This document shows, one piece after another, positions 36,858 to 48,233 of a stretch of 64,000 nucleotides of DNA (its first letter is position 1; each line of letters starts with the position of its first letter). Under the pieces are notes generated by a model that saw nothing but the letters and a program-made list of their open reading frames with translations, did not search any database and was not told the origin of the DNA. The stretch comes from Clostridia bacterium (GTDB lineage: Bacteria > Bacillota > Clostridia > Christensenellales > Aristaeellaceae). Location of the stretch: contig JAFRHH010000010.1 of assembly GCA_017433405.1 (NCBI GenBank), forward strand, positions 464 to 64,463, in the 5' to 3' direction. The translations under genes and the position numbers were made by a program.

Positions 36858-37951
36858 TTACCGGGCCTGAATATACCCCTTCCGGCACAGAAGCTCCGCC
36901 GTCAGAATTCCGCCGCCGGCGGCGCCGCGAATCGTGTTGTGGCTCAGGCAGACGAACCGCCAGTCAAAGATCCGGTCCTCCCGCAGCCGGCCGATGCTGA
37001 CCCCGAAGCCCCGCTGGAAATCCCGATCCAGCCGGGTCTGCGGCCGGGAGGGATCCTCAAAGTACTGCAGGAAGGCTTCGGCGCGCTGGGCAGCTCCAGC
37101 CGCTGGGCCTCCGTCTCATAGTTCGCCCAGCGCTCGAGGATCTGCTCCTTCGTCGTCTTCCGGCCGAAGCGGACGGATACCGCGGCCATATGGCCGTCGC
37201 TGGCGGCGACCCGCAGGCACTGGGCGCTGATCACCGGCTTTTCCGCGTTGACGATGACCGGGCCCTTCCCCAGATCTTCAACGCGGCCCCAGAGCTTCAG
37301 GGGCTCCTGCTCACTCTTCTCGTCCTCCCCGCCGATATAGGGGATCACGTTGTCCACCATCTCCGGCCAGGTCCTGAAGGTCTTTCCGGCGCCGCTGATG
37401 GCCTGATAGGTGCAGACGCTGACCTCCGTCGGCTCAAAGTCGAGCAGGGGCGTCAGGGCCGGCACATAGCTCTGAATCGAGCAGTTGGGCTTGACGGCGA
37501 TAAAGCCCCGCTTCGATCCCAGCCGCTTCCGCTGGGTCTCGATGACCGCCAGATGGGCCGCGTTGATCTCCGGCACCACCATGGGAACGTCCTCGATCCC
37601 GCGGCAGGCGCTGTTGTTGGAAACCACCGGAATCTCGTGCTTCGCGTAGGCCTCCTCCAGCGCCCGGATCTCGTCCTTCTTCATGTCCACCGCGCAGAAG
37701 ACGAAATCAACATTCTTGCCCACCTCATCGATATTCTGGGCGTCAAGAACAGTCATCCCCGCCACTTTTTCGGGAATCTCCCAGTCGAAAGCCCAGCGAT
37801 CCCCCACCGCTTCCCGATAGGTTTTCCCCGCGCTCCGGGCGGAAGCCGCCACGCAGGTCACCTCGAACCAGGGGTGATCCTTCAAAAGGGAAATAAAGCG
37901 TTGCCCCACCATGCCGGTGGCGCCGATGATGCCGACGCGGTAATGATTCAT
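36858..37951 (-). pseudogene. asd: Aspartate-semialdehyde dehydrogenase with a 1-nt frameshift near 37075 (sequencing error or pseudogene)
   Basis: GATGMVGQ and PNCS motifs. After ...ELPSAPK the conserved C-terminus (FLQYFED...LSHNTIRGAAGG...GYIQAR*) continues in a shifted frame to a stop at 36858. Confidence 0.85.
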
Positions 37952-38027
37952 GCCGTTTCGCCTCCTGATTCGGGATCCGCGGATCCCTTTCGAAAAAAAC
38001 GCGGCCGTCGCCCTCGTTTTGCCTGAA

Positions 38028-38056
38028 ATCATAGCACCTCAGGGCTGGACTGTCAA
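38028..38056 (-). promoter_or_regulatory. Sigma-A promoter of asd
   Basis: TTGACA-17 bp-TATGAT with an extended -10. Confidence 0.75.
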
Positions 38057-38230
38057 TCTTTCCACGCGTTCCGAGCAGCAAAAAAACGATGGTGTGCCTG
38101 TTCATGGCTCCCGGAGCTCTCATCCCCCTCTGTTTCGCAAAATAGGGGAACAGAATTGTACTCCATCCCCCAAATGTGGTATACTTCTTTCAGGATTGTG
38201 TAAAGCGATGCGAAAAAAGGAGGGGTCACC

Positions 38231-38947
38231 ATGGCTTATGAGGAGCTGGCCCGCTTCGTGACCGAGGCGGAGCGAATCGTTTTTTTCGGCGGGGCCGGGG
38301 TATCCACGGAAAGCGGCATCCCGGACTTCCGCAGCACAGACGGGCTGTATCATCAGCACTATGATTACCCGCCGGAGGAGATTCTGTCCCACACCTTCTT
38401 TATGAACCGCCCCGAGGAGTTCTACCGGTTTTACCGGGACAAGATGCTCCCCCTGGACGCCAGGCCCAACGCGGCCCATCGGAAGCTGGCGGAATGGGAG
38501 GCGGAGGGAAAGATGACCGGCGTCGTGACCCAGAACATCGACGGCCTGCACCAGGCGGCCGGAAGCCGGAAGGTGTTCGAGCTCCACGGCAGCGTTCACC
38601 GGAATTACTGCATGAAATGCCGCCGCTTCTATCCCCCGGAATTTATCCGGGACTGCGGGGAGGCGGTTCCCCACTGCGAATGCGGCGGCATGATCAAACC
38701 GGATGTGGTGCTGTACGAGGAGGGGCTGGACGACAGCGTCGTCAGCGGCGCCATTCACGCCATCGCGCAGGCGGACCTGATGATCGTCGCCGGCACCAGC
38801 CTGACGGTCTATCCCGCCGCCGGACTCCTGCGGTATTTCCGTGGAAGCCATCTGGTGCTGATCAATCGGGACGCCACCCCGATGGATGCCCACTGCGATC
38901 TGGTGATCCGGGACAAGGTGGGCCAGGTGCTCTCCGCCCTGCCGTAA
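38231..38947 (+). CDS. cobB: NAD-dependent protein deacylase (sirtuin)
   Basis: GAGVSTESGIPDFRS, TQNIDGLH, ELHGS, two CxxC/CxC zinc ligands, GTSLTVYPAA. Confidence 0.95.
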   Translation: MAYEELARFVTEAERIVFFGGAGVSTESGIPDFRSTDGLYHQHYDYPPEEILSHTFFMNRPEEFYRFYRDKMLPLDARPNAAHRKLAEWEAEGKMTGVVTQNIDGLHQAAGSRKVFELHGSVHRNYCMKCRRFYPPEFIRDCGEAVPHCECGGMIKPDVVLYEEGLDDSVVSGAIHAIAQADLMIVAGTSLTVYPAAGLLRYFRGSHLVLINRDATPMDAHCDLVIRDKVGQVLSALP

Positions 38948-39067
38948 GCGGGCTTTTCCCCGGCTTTTGCATACCATGCCGGATGATTCTTTCCGCGCCG
39001 CCTTCGCGTCCGTTCCCGCCCTGCGCCGCGCCGGAATTATCGCCCTGGCTCCGCGCCAGGGCTTTAT

Positions 39068-39547
39068 TTATTTGCAGGTCACCCGGGTCTTGAAGGGAAT
39101 GCCCCAGAAATACCAGGTCACCGTCGCCTCCCGGACGTTATGTCCGCCCTTGGCGCTCAGGATCGTGGCCGACAGGTTCATGCTCCTGCCCGGCGCCAGG
39201 TCATAGGCCTGGGTTTCCCCCGTCTGAAGATAGTCCCCGCTCATGGGCGTGATGCTGATCTCGATGATCTCCGCCTTCAGGAAGGTGCGGTTTTCGATCT
39301 TCAGGGTATAGCTGTAGAACAGGCTGTTTTCCGGCGTCGCCTCCGCCGGCGACGCGAAGAGCGTCCCCACCAGGGTCTCCGTCATCGCTTCCTTTCTCAG
39401 CCTTTCAAAGGTTTCCGGCTCGTTCACGGCGTCGGTTGCAATGCAGCCGGCGCTTTCGATCACCAGCCGGGAATTCATATACAGAAATCCCGTTCCCACG
39501 AGAGCCGCCAGGCAGAGAAGGATCAGAAGAATCGCCGTCACTCTCAT
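39068..39547 (-). CDS. Membrane-anchored hypothetical protein, third gene of the ZorAB-like operon
   Basis: N-terminal TM followed by a beta-rich domain; ATGA overlap with the OmpA/MotB gene. Confidence 0.8.
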   Translation of the reverse strand: MRVTAILLILLCLAALVGTGFLYMNSRLVIESAGCIATDAVNEPETFERLRKEAMTETLVGTLFASPAEATPENSLFYSYTLKIENRTFLKAEIIEISITPMSGDYLQTGETQAYDLAPGRSMNLSATILSAKGGHNVREATVTWYFWGIPFKTRVTCK

Positions 39548-40563
39548 GGACCGGTCTCCTCCCCTTCCGTCGTTTCTTTTCCGTCAATCTGTCCCTCCAG
39601 GATCCGGTTCATTTCCTGAATCATCTCCGAATCCTTGAGGCTGAACTTGAACTCGACCCGCCGGGAAGCGTCCGCGTCCTCGGTGCCGTCGGCCCGGTAA
39701 ACCAGATCGGAATAGCTCCGCCCTTTGGCCGTCAGAATCTGCTGCAGCTTCGCCTTCTGCTGCCGGGTCAGGGAGGGCATATTCAGGCAGTAGATCGCCA
39801 CCTGCAGCGCCCGCTCCTGGCTCAGCTTCAGGTTGTTGTCATAGCTGCCCGAGGAATCCGTGTGCCCCTCGATAATGATCTCTCCGAGATAGTCCGAATA
39901 CTCGTCCCGTAGCAGCACGTCAAGATAGACCGGAATAAAGCGGTTCAGAAGCGCCTGGCCCTCCGCCTTGATGGTGGATTTTCCCGTTTCGAAGAAAACC
40001 GCGCTGTCCAGCACGATATCGCCGTTGTTCGGATCCACCGTCGCCTTCATGTTCGCCCGGTTCAGGCTGGCGGAAAGGTCCTCAATGATGTTGGCCCGGA
40101 CCCCGATCAGATCCTCGATCCGGCGGGCCTGACTGCTCAGGGCCAGCTGTTGCTCCTCCAGCTTGGCGGTGGCGGCGTCGAGATCCGCCTGCTTGAGCCG
40201 CAGGGTCTTCTGCAGCTCCTCCAGCTCCGCCTCCCGGCTGATCAGGATCACGTTGGCTGCTTCCAGTTCCTTTTCCTTCGCCCCCAGGGTTTCCTGCAGG
40301 GTATCCAGATCCGTCTGAATAATGATCAGGGCCTGCTCCTTGGCCGCCACGTCGTCCCTGGCCAGGTTCAGCTCGATGGTCTGCTGCTCCAGCTCCCGGG
40401 TCTTGGTCTCCAGCATGCTGAAGTACTGAAACAGGCTGTAGGTCAGGATCAGCACGAAGATCAGCAGCAGCGCGGCCATCATGTCGGAATAGCTGATCCA
40501 GCTGGCGCCGCCTCCCGAGGAGCCCCGGGCCGCGCGGCGGTTATGGATTCGTTGCCGTGCCAT
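39544..40563 (-). CDS. MotB/ZorB-like protein (TM with conserved Asp, coiled coil, OmpA-like peptidoglycan-binding domain)
   Basis: WISYSDMMAALL; IIIEGHTD, LSQERA, SRRVEF. Confidence 0.88.
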   Translation of the reverse strand: MARQRIHNRRAARGSSGGGASWISYSDMMAALLLIFVLILTYSLFQYFSMLETKTRELEQQTIELNLARDDVAAKEQALIIIQTDLDTLQETLGAKEKELEAANVILISREAELEELQKTLRLKQADLDAATAKLEEQQLALSSQARRIEDLIGVRANIIEDLSASLNRANMKATVDPNNGDIVLDSAVFFETGKSTIKAEGQALLNRFIPVYLDVLLRDEYSDYLGEIIIEGHTDSSGSYDNNLKLSQERALQVAIYCLNMPSLTRQQKAKLQQILTAKGRSYSDLVYRADGTEDADASRRVEFKFSLKDSEMIQEMNRILEGQIDGKETTEGEETGP

Positions 40564-40566
40564 GCC

Positions 40567-41853
40567 TTATTCCTCCCGGGCCATCTCATCCAGCGTCCGC
40601 CTGATCTCCCGGACGCTCTCGGTCATCTCGGCGGTCAGGCCCCGCAGCTCCCGCAGGGAATCCGCCCCGCCCTTTTCCTCGGTCTTCAGGTCCCTGATCT
40701 TTTCCGCCAGGGTATTCAGCTGAACCTCCAGCTCCTTGTTCTGCAGGTTCATCCGGTTCATCTGCTCCGCCGCCCGCAGCTCGAAGCGCTCGTCCCGGGC
40801 CCTGACCTCGTTAATCGCGGTCATATAGGCGTCAAACCGGTCCAGGATATGGTTGGTCATCTCCTGTAGATTCCGGGCGTTCCGGACGATCTCCCCGGCG
40901 TTCTGCAGCACCTGGCCGGTCTGCTGGGCCGCCCGGCCCTGGGCCTCGGAAAGGGCGTTCATGCCGCCGGAAAGGTTCACAAACTGATGGCCCATCCGCC
41001 GGTCCATCTCGTCGAGGAAGCGGCTGACGATATGGTTGACCCCGTCGATCTGGTTCCGGGTCGCTCCGAGGATAAAGCGATCCATGCTATCCGCCACCGG
41101 CGTCAGCGCCTGGTTCACCGCCCGGCCCACGTTCTCCGCCAGCCGGTCCGCCAGGGTTTCATTGATCCCCTGGAGCATATAGTTCCGGTCCTGATTCTGG
41201 ATGATCATCTGGACGTCGTTGTCCAGCGGCCGGGACATGGCCAGCTGGGTAAAGCTGGTCACGAAATCGTCGATGGCCCGGTAGCTGGACCCCTGGCTGA
41301 TCCGGTTCAGCATGTTGAAGACGAGGCTGCAGCTGATGCCCGCCACGGAGGTGCCGAAGGCGAAGCGCATCCCGCCCAGCAGGTTCGGAATTCCCTCCAC
41401 CAGCTGGGTCGCGTCGGCGAAATTCAGGGAGGACAGGCCCCGGCTCAGGCCCATAAAGGTCCCCAGAATGCCCAGGGATGTCAGCAGGTTCGGAATCAGC
41501 TCCGCCAGCCCCGCGTTCCCGGGCCCGTGGGTCACGGTATCGTCGTTAATATAATCCTCCACATTGGTGGGCAGTCCCCTCCGGTCCAGCTGCTCCGCGT
41601 TCTGCAGGAAGCGCAGCCAGCTGTTCCGCAGCCTTTTTCCCACGAACCGGGCCTCCTGCCAGACCGGCTTATCCGTCTTCTGTCCCGCCTCCGCCTGAAG
41701 CCGGCGAATGGCCCTGCGCAGGGCGCCGGTCGTATTCCACAGGGGAAAGAGGCACTTCAAAACCCCAATCAGCGTTACGACCGCGATCGCGCCGTAAACC
41801 AGATAATCCGCCAGATCCGGCAGAATGGCTGTCACCTTCGATAAATCCGGCAT
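40567..41853 (-). CDS. MotA/TolQ/ExbB-family, ZorA-like proton-channel protein with a long helical C-terminal tail
   Basis: PNLLTSLGILGTFMGL and AFGTSVAGI TM motifs, followed by a tail of about 220 aa that looks helical. Confidence 0.85.
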   Translation of the reverse strand: MPDLSKVTAILPDLADYLVYGAIAVVTLIGVLKCLFPLWNTTGALRRAIRRLQAEAGQKTDKPVWQEARFVGKRLRNSWLRFLQNAEQLDRRGLPTNVEDYINDDTVTHGPGNAGLAELIPNLLTSLGILGTFMGLSRGLSSLNFADATQLVEGIPNLLGGMRFAFGTSVAGISCSLVFNMLNRISQGSSYRAIDDFVTSFTQLAMSRPLDNDVQMIIQNQDRNYMLQGINETLADRLAENVGRAVNQALTPVADSMDRFILGATRNQIDGVNHIVSRFLDEMDRRMGHQFVNLSGGMNALSEAQGRAAQQTGQVLQNAGEIVRNARNLQEMTNHILDRFDAYMTAINEVRARDERFELRAAEQMNRMNLQNKELEVQLNTLAEKIRDLKTEEKGGADSLRELRGLTAEMTESVREIRRTLDEMAREE

Positions 41854-41891
41854 GGGTTCTCCTCCTCCTCAGCCGTGATGTCCGGATTTGT

Positions 41892-41920
41892 ATTATATCA
41901 TCATTTATTTGAAATGTAAA
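41892..41920 (-). promoter_or_regulatory. Sigma-A promoter of the ZorAB-like operon
   Basis: TTTACA-17 bp-TATAAT. Confidence 0.65.
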
Positions 41921-41947
41921 CGAAACATTTTCTTAATAAAAGGCGTC

Positions 41948-41981
41948 AAAAAAACGTTCTCCGTTTCCGAAGAACGTTTTT
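41948..41981 (-). terminator. Terminator of the 6S RNA gene
   Basis: AAAACGTTCTTCG-GAAA-CGGAGAACGTTTT followed by TTT. Confidence 0.85.
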
Positions 41982-41984
41982 CCG

Positions 41985-42168
41985 AAACCCCAGGGAGCCG
42001 ATGCCCTCGTTTTTTCACCCGCTATGTTAAGCAGGCTGGTGCCCTGCCGGATGACTCTGCCTTCCCCTGACGTTTTTCAACGGAGGCTTGACATATCACC
42101 CTTTGGACCCGGGCTCCATTTTGTGAAATGTGGGGAAATCCGAAAAGCTGTCGTGAACCCCAGGTGAT
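41985..42168 (-). ncRNA. ssrS: 6S RNA (ends approximate)
   Basis: About 185-nt non-coding unit between a strong promoter and a terminator. Contains Firmicute 6S-like segments GGAGCC, TTGAA and GGCACCAGCCTGC...GCGGGT. Confidence 0.7.
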
Positions 42169-42176
42169 CTGCGACT

Positions 42177-42205
42177 ATTATAGCGGGAATACTGCCTCCC
42201 GTCAA
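42177..42205 (-). promoter_or_regulatory. Sigma-A promoter of the 6S RNA
   Basis: TTGACG-17 bp-TATAAT. Confidence 0.8.
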
Positions 42206-42244
42206 CGGGTTTTCCAACTTTTTCTACCAAACGAAATCAATCGC

Positions 42245-43444
42245 TTACCCCCCGATCCGCTCCGCGATCGCCTGCAGGAAGGCCCGGCTGTTGACCGACT
42301 TCGCCGCTCCCTCGTAAAGCAGCGCCAGATCCTTCGTCATGATCCCCGCCCCGATGGTGTCGAGCGTCGCCTTCTCCAGCCGGTCCGCGAAGGCCTGCAG
42401 ATCCGCCAGGCCGTCCTTCTCCCCCCGCTTGCGCAGGGCCCCGCTCCAGGCGAAGATCGTCGCCACCGGGTTCGTGCTGGTCTCCTCGCCCTTGAGGTAG
42501 CGATAGTAATGCCGCGTGACCGTGCCATGGGCCGCCTCGTATTCAAACTGGCCGTTGGGGCTGACCAGGACGGAGGTCATCATCGCCAGGGAGCCGAAGG
42601 CGGTGGCGATCATATCGCTCATCACGTCCCCGTCGTAGTTCTTGCAGGCCCAGATAAAGCCGCCCTCGGACCGGACCACCCGGGCGACCGCGTCGTCGAT
42701 CAGGGTATAGAAATAGGTGATTCCCGCCTTTTCGAAGGCGGCCTTAAACTCCGCTTCATAGATTTCCGCGAAGATGTCCTTGAAGCGGTGGTCATAGGTC
42801 TTGCTGATGGTGTCCTTCGTCGAGAACCAGAGATCCTGCTTCACGCTCAGGGCATAGTTAAAGCAGGACCGGGCGAAGGATGCGATGCTCCCGTCCAGGT
42901 TGTGCATCCCCTGCAGGACGCCGGGGCCCTTGAAGTCGAAGACCTTCTGGCGGATCTCCTTCCCGTCCGCGCCGGTAAAGACCAGCTCCGCCGTGCCCGC
43001 CCCGGGAATCCGGATCTCCGCGTTCCGGTATACGTCGCCATAGGCGTGGCGGGCGATGGTGATGGGCTTTTTCCAGGTCCGGACCGTCGGCCGGACCCCG
43101 TCGACGAGAATCGGCGCCCGGAAGACCGTTCCGTCCAGAATCGCCCGGATCGTTCCGTTGGGGCTCTTCCACATTTCCTTCAGCCCGTATTCCTCCACCC
43201 GCTGGGCGTTCGGGGTAATGGTCGCGCACTTGACCGCCACCCCGTATTTCAGTGTCGCCTCCGCGCTCTCCACGGTCACCCGGTCGTCGGTTTCGTCCCG
43301 GTGCTTCAGCCCCAGGTCGTAATATTCCGTTTTCAGATCCACCCAGGGTGCGATCAGGATCTCCTTGATCTCCTTCCAGAGGATCCGGGTCATCTCATCC
43401 CCGTCCATTTCCACCAGCGGGGTCTTCATCTGAATTTTTATCAT
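42245..43444 (-). CDS. icd: NADP-dependent isocitrate dehydrogenase (type II)
   Basis: [42 protein letters not shown]. Confidence 0.96.
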   Translation of the reverse strand: MIKIQMKTPLVEMDGDEMTRILWKEIKEILIAPWVDLKTEYYDLGLKHRDETDDRVTVESAEATLKYGVAVKCATITPNAQRVEEYGLKEMWKSPNGTIRAILDGTVFRAPILVDGVRPTVRTWKKPITIARHAYGDVYRNAEIRIPGAGTAELVFTGADGKEIRQKVFDFKGPGVLQGMHNLDGSIASFARSCFNYALSVKQDLWFSTKDTISKTYDHRFKDIFAEIYEAEFKAAFEKAGITYFYTLIDDAVARVVRSEGGFIWACKNYDGDVMSDMIATAFGSLAMMTSVLVSPNGQFEYEAAHGTVTRHYYRYLKGEETSTNPVATIFAWSGALRKRGEKDGLADLQAFADRLEKATLDTIGAGIMTKDLALLYEGAAKSVNSRAFLQAIAERIGG

Positions 43445-43621
43445 GCCTGCTTCTCCGTATTTCTCAATATTTGGCAAAAAAGCACCGCAGAGATTGTATC
43501 CCCTGCGGCGCGGTAAAACAAGATAAAAAACGGTAAAACAACACAAGAACAATCGGGAAGGCGCCCGCTCATGTCGAAGCGCCGCGGAAACGGCGCTCCG
43601 GCCGCTTTGATTCGCAGCCTG

Positions 43622-44383
43622 TTATCTCTTTGGCTCCAGCTCTTCCATGAACCATTCCTCCGCCGCGGCGGAGTCGGGCTCCGGCGTCGGAGTGACAAAA
43701 AACTCGTAATGGGAATAGTCGTCCCGGGAAAAATAGCCGTCATAGGCGGCGTCGTTCCCGCTGTAAGTATCCGGCCCCCGGGTTTCCGTGACCACCGTCT
43801 GAACGCTCCCGTCCTCCCAGGTTCCCTCCAGGGGGAAGATGATCGTCATCTGGAGCCAGCTGACCCCGTCCCGGTACTGGTTGGGATAGTAGGCATAATA
43901 GATTCGCGGCCGGGTTCCGTTCAGCTCCTCGACGGGATCCTCAAAGGAGGTCTGAGGGTTTCGGATCACCTGGTTCGCCTTCCGGGTCGGCTCCGCGAGG
44001 GCGCTTTCCCGGGTCATGCCCCCGGGATTCAGCGCCCAGAGAAAGGCCCCGGCAATGTTCGGGAACCGCGTCGCGTCCCGAACCCGCAGCTCCAGGCTGT
44101 TCATGGTCTGGTAAAGCAGCCTGACCGTAATCTCGACACCCTCCGGCTCCTGCGCGTCTGGCTGCGCCGTGATTCCGAAAACCGCCAGCTGGTCGTACAT
44201 TTCAAACAGGCTGTTGACGGGCTGCTCCCCCTGGCCGGAAAGGAACTCATTGGCCCGTTCGATATAGCTCTTCAGCGCCTGCTGGGCCGGGGTATTCTGC
44301 TTCCACTGCATATCCGCCAGGCCGCTTTTCCCCGGGAGGAGCGCCAGCAGCAGCCCCAGCAGCAGGGCAAGACCTCTTACCAT
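43622..44383 (-). CDS. Secreted hypothetical protein
   Basis: Signal peptide MVRGLALLLGLLLALL; start overlaps the stop of the upstream gene. Confidence 0.75.
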   Translation of the reverse strand: MVRGLALLLGLLLALLPGKSGLADMQWKQNTPAQQALKSYIERANEFLSGQGEQPVNSLFEMYDQLAVFGITAQPDAQEPEGVEITVRLLYQTMNSLELRVRDATRFPNIAGAFLWALNPGGMTRESALAEPTRKANQVIRNPQTSFEDPVEELNGTRPRIYYAYYPNQYRDGVSWLQMTIIFPLEGTWEDGSVQTVVTETRGPDTYSGNDAAYDGYFSRDDYSHYEFFVTPTPEPDSAAAEEWFMEELEPKR

Positions 44384-45021
44384 ATGGTTCCTTCGCCGTC
44401 CATTTTCTTTTCCTTCATTTCGACCGCCTTCAGGATCACCTCGACGCACCCGGTATATCCCAGGGAGCCGGAATCCAGGCAGAGATGATAGTTGTTCACG
44501 TCGCCCCAGTTCCCGATGGCATAATAGTTGTAATAGGCGGCCCGCTGCTTATCGGTCTTCTTCAGGATCTCCTCCGCCTTCATGGGATCCACGTGATTGT
44601 ATTCGATGATCCGCTCCATCCGGTCCTCCTGGGGCGCCCGGATAAAAACGTTCAGCACGTTATCATGGTCCCGCAGCACATAGTCGGCGCAGCGGCCCAC
44701 CAGGATGCAGGGGCCCTCCCCCGCGATCCGGCGGATCGTATCGAACTGGGCCAGGAAGATCTTATGGTTCAGCGGCATGTCCAGATACATACCGCCCCCG
44801 TCGGCCCGGGGCCCGCCCATCAGGGAGAAAAGAAGCCCCTTGTTGGTCTTCTCGTCGTAGCTTTCCAGCACATCCCGGCTGATCCCGCTGTCCTTGGAGG
44901 CCTCGGCCAGCAGATCCTTATCGTAATAGGGAATCTCCATCCGTTCGGAGAGCATGCTGGCGATATAGCGTCCGCCGGAACCGTACTGTCTGCCGATGGT
45001 GATGATGGTTCTGTACTTCAT
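44377..45021 (-). CDS. Cytidylate kinase-like family protein
   Basis: ITIGRQYGSGG, GRCADY, YHLCLDS. Confidence 0.9.
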   Translation of the reverse strand: MKYRTIITIGRQYGSGGRYIASMLSERMEIPYYDKDLLAEASKDSGISRDVLESYDEKTNKGLLFSLMGGPRADGGGMYLDMPLNHKIFLAQFDTIRRIAGEGPCILVGRCADYVLRDHDNVLNVFIRAPQEDRMERIIEYNHVDPMKAEEILKKTDKQRAAYYNYYAIGNWGDVNNYHLCLDSGSLGYTGCVEVILKAVEMKEKKMDGEGTIW

Positions 45022-45094
45022 CAGAATCCTTCCTTTCCTGGGTCCTTCGTGAATGCCCGTTCCGTCCCCTATCAAGATGTGTCCTGTTGAGAGA

Positions 45095-45123
45095 AGTATA
45101 GCATATTCTTGTCTTTCCGTCAA
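45095..45123 (-). promoter_or_regulatory. Sigma-A promoter
   Basis: TTGACG-17 bp-TATACT with an extended -10. Confidence 0.7.
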
Positions 45124-45135
45124 TTTCATGCTAAA

Positions 45136-45177
45136 CTCCTCTTTGAACATCAGTTCACGTAGGCCATTCTGTCCGGA
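45136..45177 (-). repeat. Dispersed repeat copy R9 (partial)
   Basis: ctcctctttgaacatcagttcacgtaggccattctgtccgga. Confidence 0.8.
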
Positions 45178-45241
45178 GCGGGGAACTGTCCCCGCCGCTT
45201 CCCGGACGCGGTTTGGCTGAAGACGCGGAGGAGACTTTTTG

Positions 45242-45955
45242 ATGAAAACGCCGGTGAACCGGACGACGATTCGGCAGCATCTGACCTATAACTGGTGGAA
45301 ATATATCCTGTTGGCGGTCCTGTCCTTCTTTCTGGTGGATCTGCTCTATACGGTGACCGCCTACCGGAGCCCCCCGGAGAAAAAGGTGGAGTTCTATGTC
45401 TACGGCTTCGCGGACCAGAAGGGGCTGAACGACTATATGGCCCGGGTGAACCGGGAGCAGATGCCGGATATGGAGGTTATGGACAGCCTGGTCATGCTGA
45501 CCGACGATGCCTACGGCCCCATGCAGCTGACGACCTATATGGCCGTCGGCGAGGGGGATCTGTATCTTCTTCCCCGGGAGCAGTTCCTGTCCATCGCCTC
45601 CCAGGGCGGCCTCCATCCCCTTGAAAACGAGGAGGCGCTGCTGGCCCGCTTTACCGGAGCCGGCCGTTCCCTGCAGAACGGATGGCGTAAAATAGCGGAA
45701 ACCGGCGAGACGCATCTCGTCGGTATTCCGCAGGACAAGGTTCCCGGGCTCCGGCAGCTGGCCTACGCCCAGGACGGATACCTCTGCGTGCTCGCCGCCG
45801 GCGGCAATGTGGATAACACGCTGAAGTTCCTGAATATTCTCGTCAATGACATGTTTGAAGCGCCGGCGGAGCCAGCTGCTGCCGCGTCTGTGGCGCCGGA
45901 TGCGGTGACTGATCCCGCAGCGACAGCATCACCCGCGGCACCATCTCAACCCTAA
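45242..45955 (+). CDS. Membrane-anchored hypothetical protein with an Ala/Pro-rich tail
   Basis: HLTYNWWKY followed by a TM; binding-protein-like body; GGAG RBS. Confidence 0.75.
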   Translation: MKTPVNRTTIRQHLTYNWWKYILLAVLSFFLVDLLYTVTAYRSPPEKKVEFYVYGFADQKGLNDYMARVNREQMPDMEVMDSLVMLTDDAYGPMQLTTYMAVGEGDLYLLPREQFLSIASQGGLHPLENEEALLARFTGAGRSLQNGWRKIAETGETHLVGIPQDKVPGLRQLAYAQDGYLCVLAAGGNVDNTLKFLNILVNDMFEAPAEPAAAASVAPDAVTDPAATASPAAPSQP

Positions 45956-45990
45956 AGGGGCGGCTTAGGCCGGGAACGCAGGGCATCCGC

Positions 45991-46653
45991 TCAGCCCTGA
46001 AGCCCTCTGGCCAGGGTCTCCGCCAGCTCCTGTTCCTGTTCGATGAATCGCCGTGCCGGGTCGTACCAGACCGGGGCGGCGATTTTAAATTTGTGGTTCT
46101 TATAATCCACGTGAACCGGATAGAGCTTCAGCGCCCGGCCGCTGGCCCGGTACCAGAGCTCCCCCAGCCGCAGCCAGCCGGTGTTGATCCATTCGTGATG
46201 GCTCAGCCAGCCGCTGGGCTGTTCCGGAAAGATCACCAGGTACTCGTCCCGCTGGAGAACGCGGATGCTCTCCCGAAGGGTCAGCATGATCCGCTGGTCG
46301 TGGTACACCGGCACCCGTTTTACGCTCCGCAGGATCGGCGGAATCACCGCCGCCGCGAAATAGGGCACCGTCACGTTCAGCAGCGGTTCAAAGAAGCTGC
46401 CCGGCTTCCACCAGTAATCCTGGCGGACATAGGCCGGCACTTCCTTCGCCTCCAGCATCCCGTTGTTGATCCAGGGGTTGCACTTTTCCCGCAGCGGGAA
46501 TTTAACCATCATGTCCACCGGACCGATGGCCCCCGCGTGGTTGACGACAAAGACGCAGGGCCCCTCCTCGAAGGGAACCTCCCATTCCACGGTCATCCGC
46601 GGCGACAGCAGGCGAATCAGCCCGCCCGCGATCTTATAAAAGCGCTTGCCCAT
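45991..46653 (-). CDS. PlsC-like acyltransferase family protein
   Basis: VFVVNH and LVIFPE motifs (the H-X4-D aspartate is atypical). Confidence 0.7.
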   Translation of the reverse strand: MGKRFYKIAGGLIRLLSPRMTVEWEVPFEEGPCVFVVNHAGAIGPVDMMVKFPLREKCNPWINNGMLEAKEVPAYVRQDYWWKPGSFFEPLLNVTVPYFAAAVIPPILRSVKRVPVYHDQRIMLTLRESIRVLQRDEYLVIFPEQPSGWLSHHEWINTGWLRLGELWYRASGRALKLYPVHVDYKNHKFKIAAPVWYDPARRFIEQEQELAETLARGLQG

Positions 46654-46660
46654 GCTTCAT

Positions 46661-46682
46661 CCTCCTCTGTGAACGCCGTTTG
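46661..46682 (-). repeat. Dispersed repeat copy R10 (terminal fragment; supplies the RBS)
   Basis: cctcctctgtgaacgccgtt. Confidence 0.6.
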
Positions 46683-46714
46683 AGACCATGTGGACGGTTC
46701 TCCCCGTCTGCGTA

Positions 46715-48233
<1,519 letters not shown>

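Noticed and set aside
37952-38027. Lysine riboswitch upstream of asd; 16-bp palindrome GGGATCCGCGGATCCC at 37972-37987
   Set aside because: The leader is about 70 nt, too short for the aptamer. The palindrome has no second copy, so no function is assigned.
38231-38947. Sir2 protein as a defence NADase partnering the ZorAB-like operon
   Set aside because: It has the complete housekeeping CobB deacylase motif set with zinc ligands and is transcribed convergently from its own side.
38975-39012. gccggatga...ccttcgcg as a 14th repeat copy
   Set aside because: The similarity is too short and degenerate to support.
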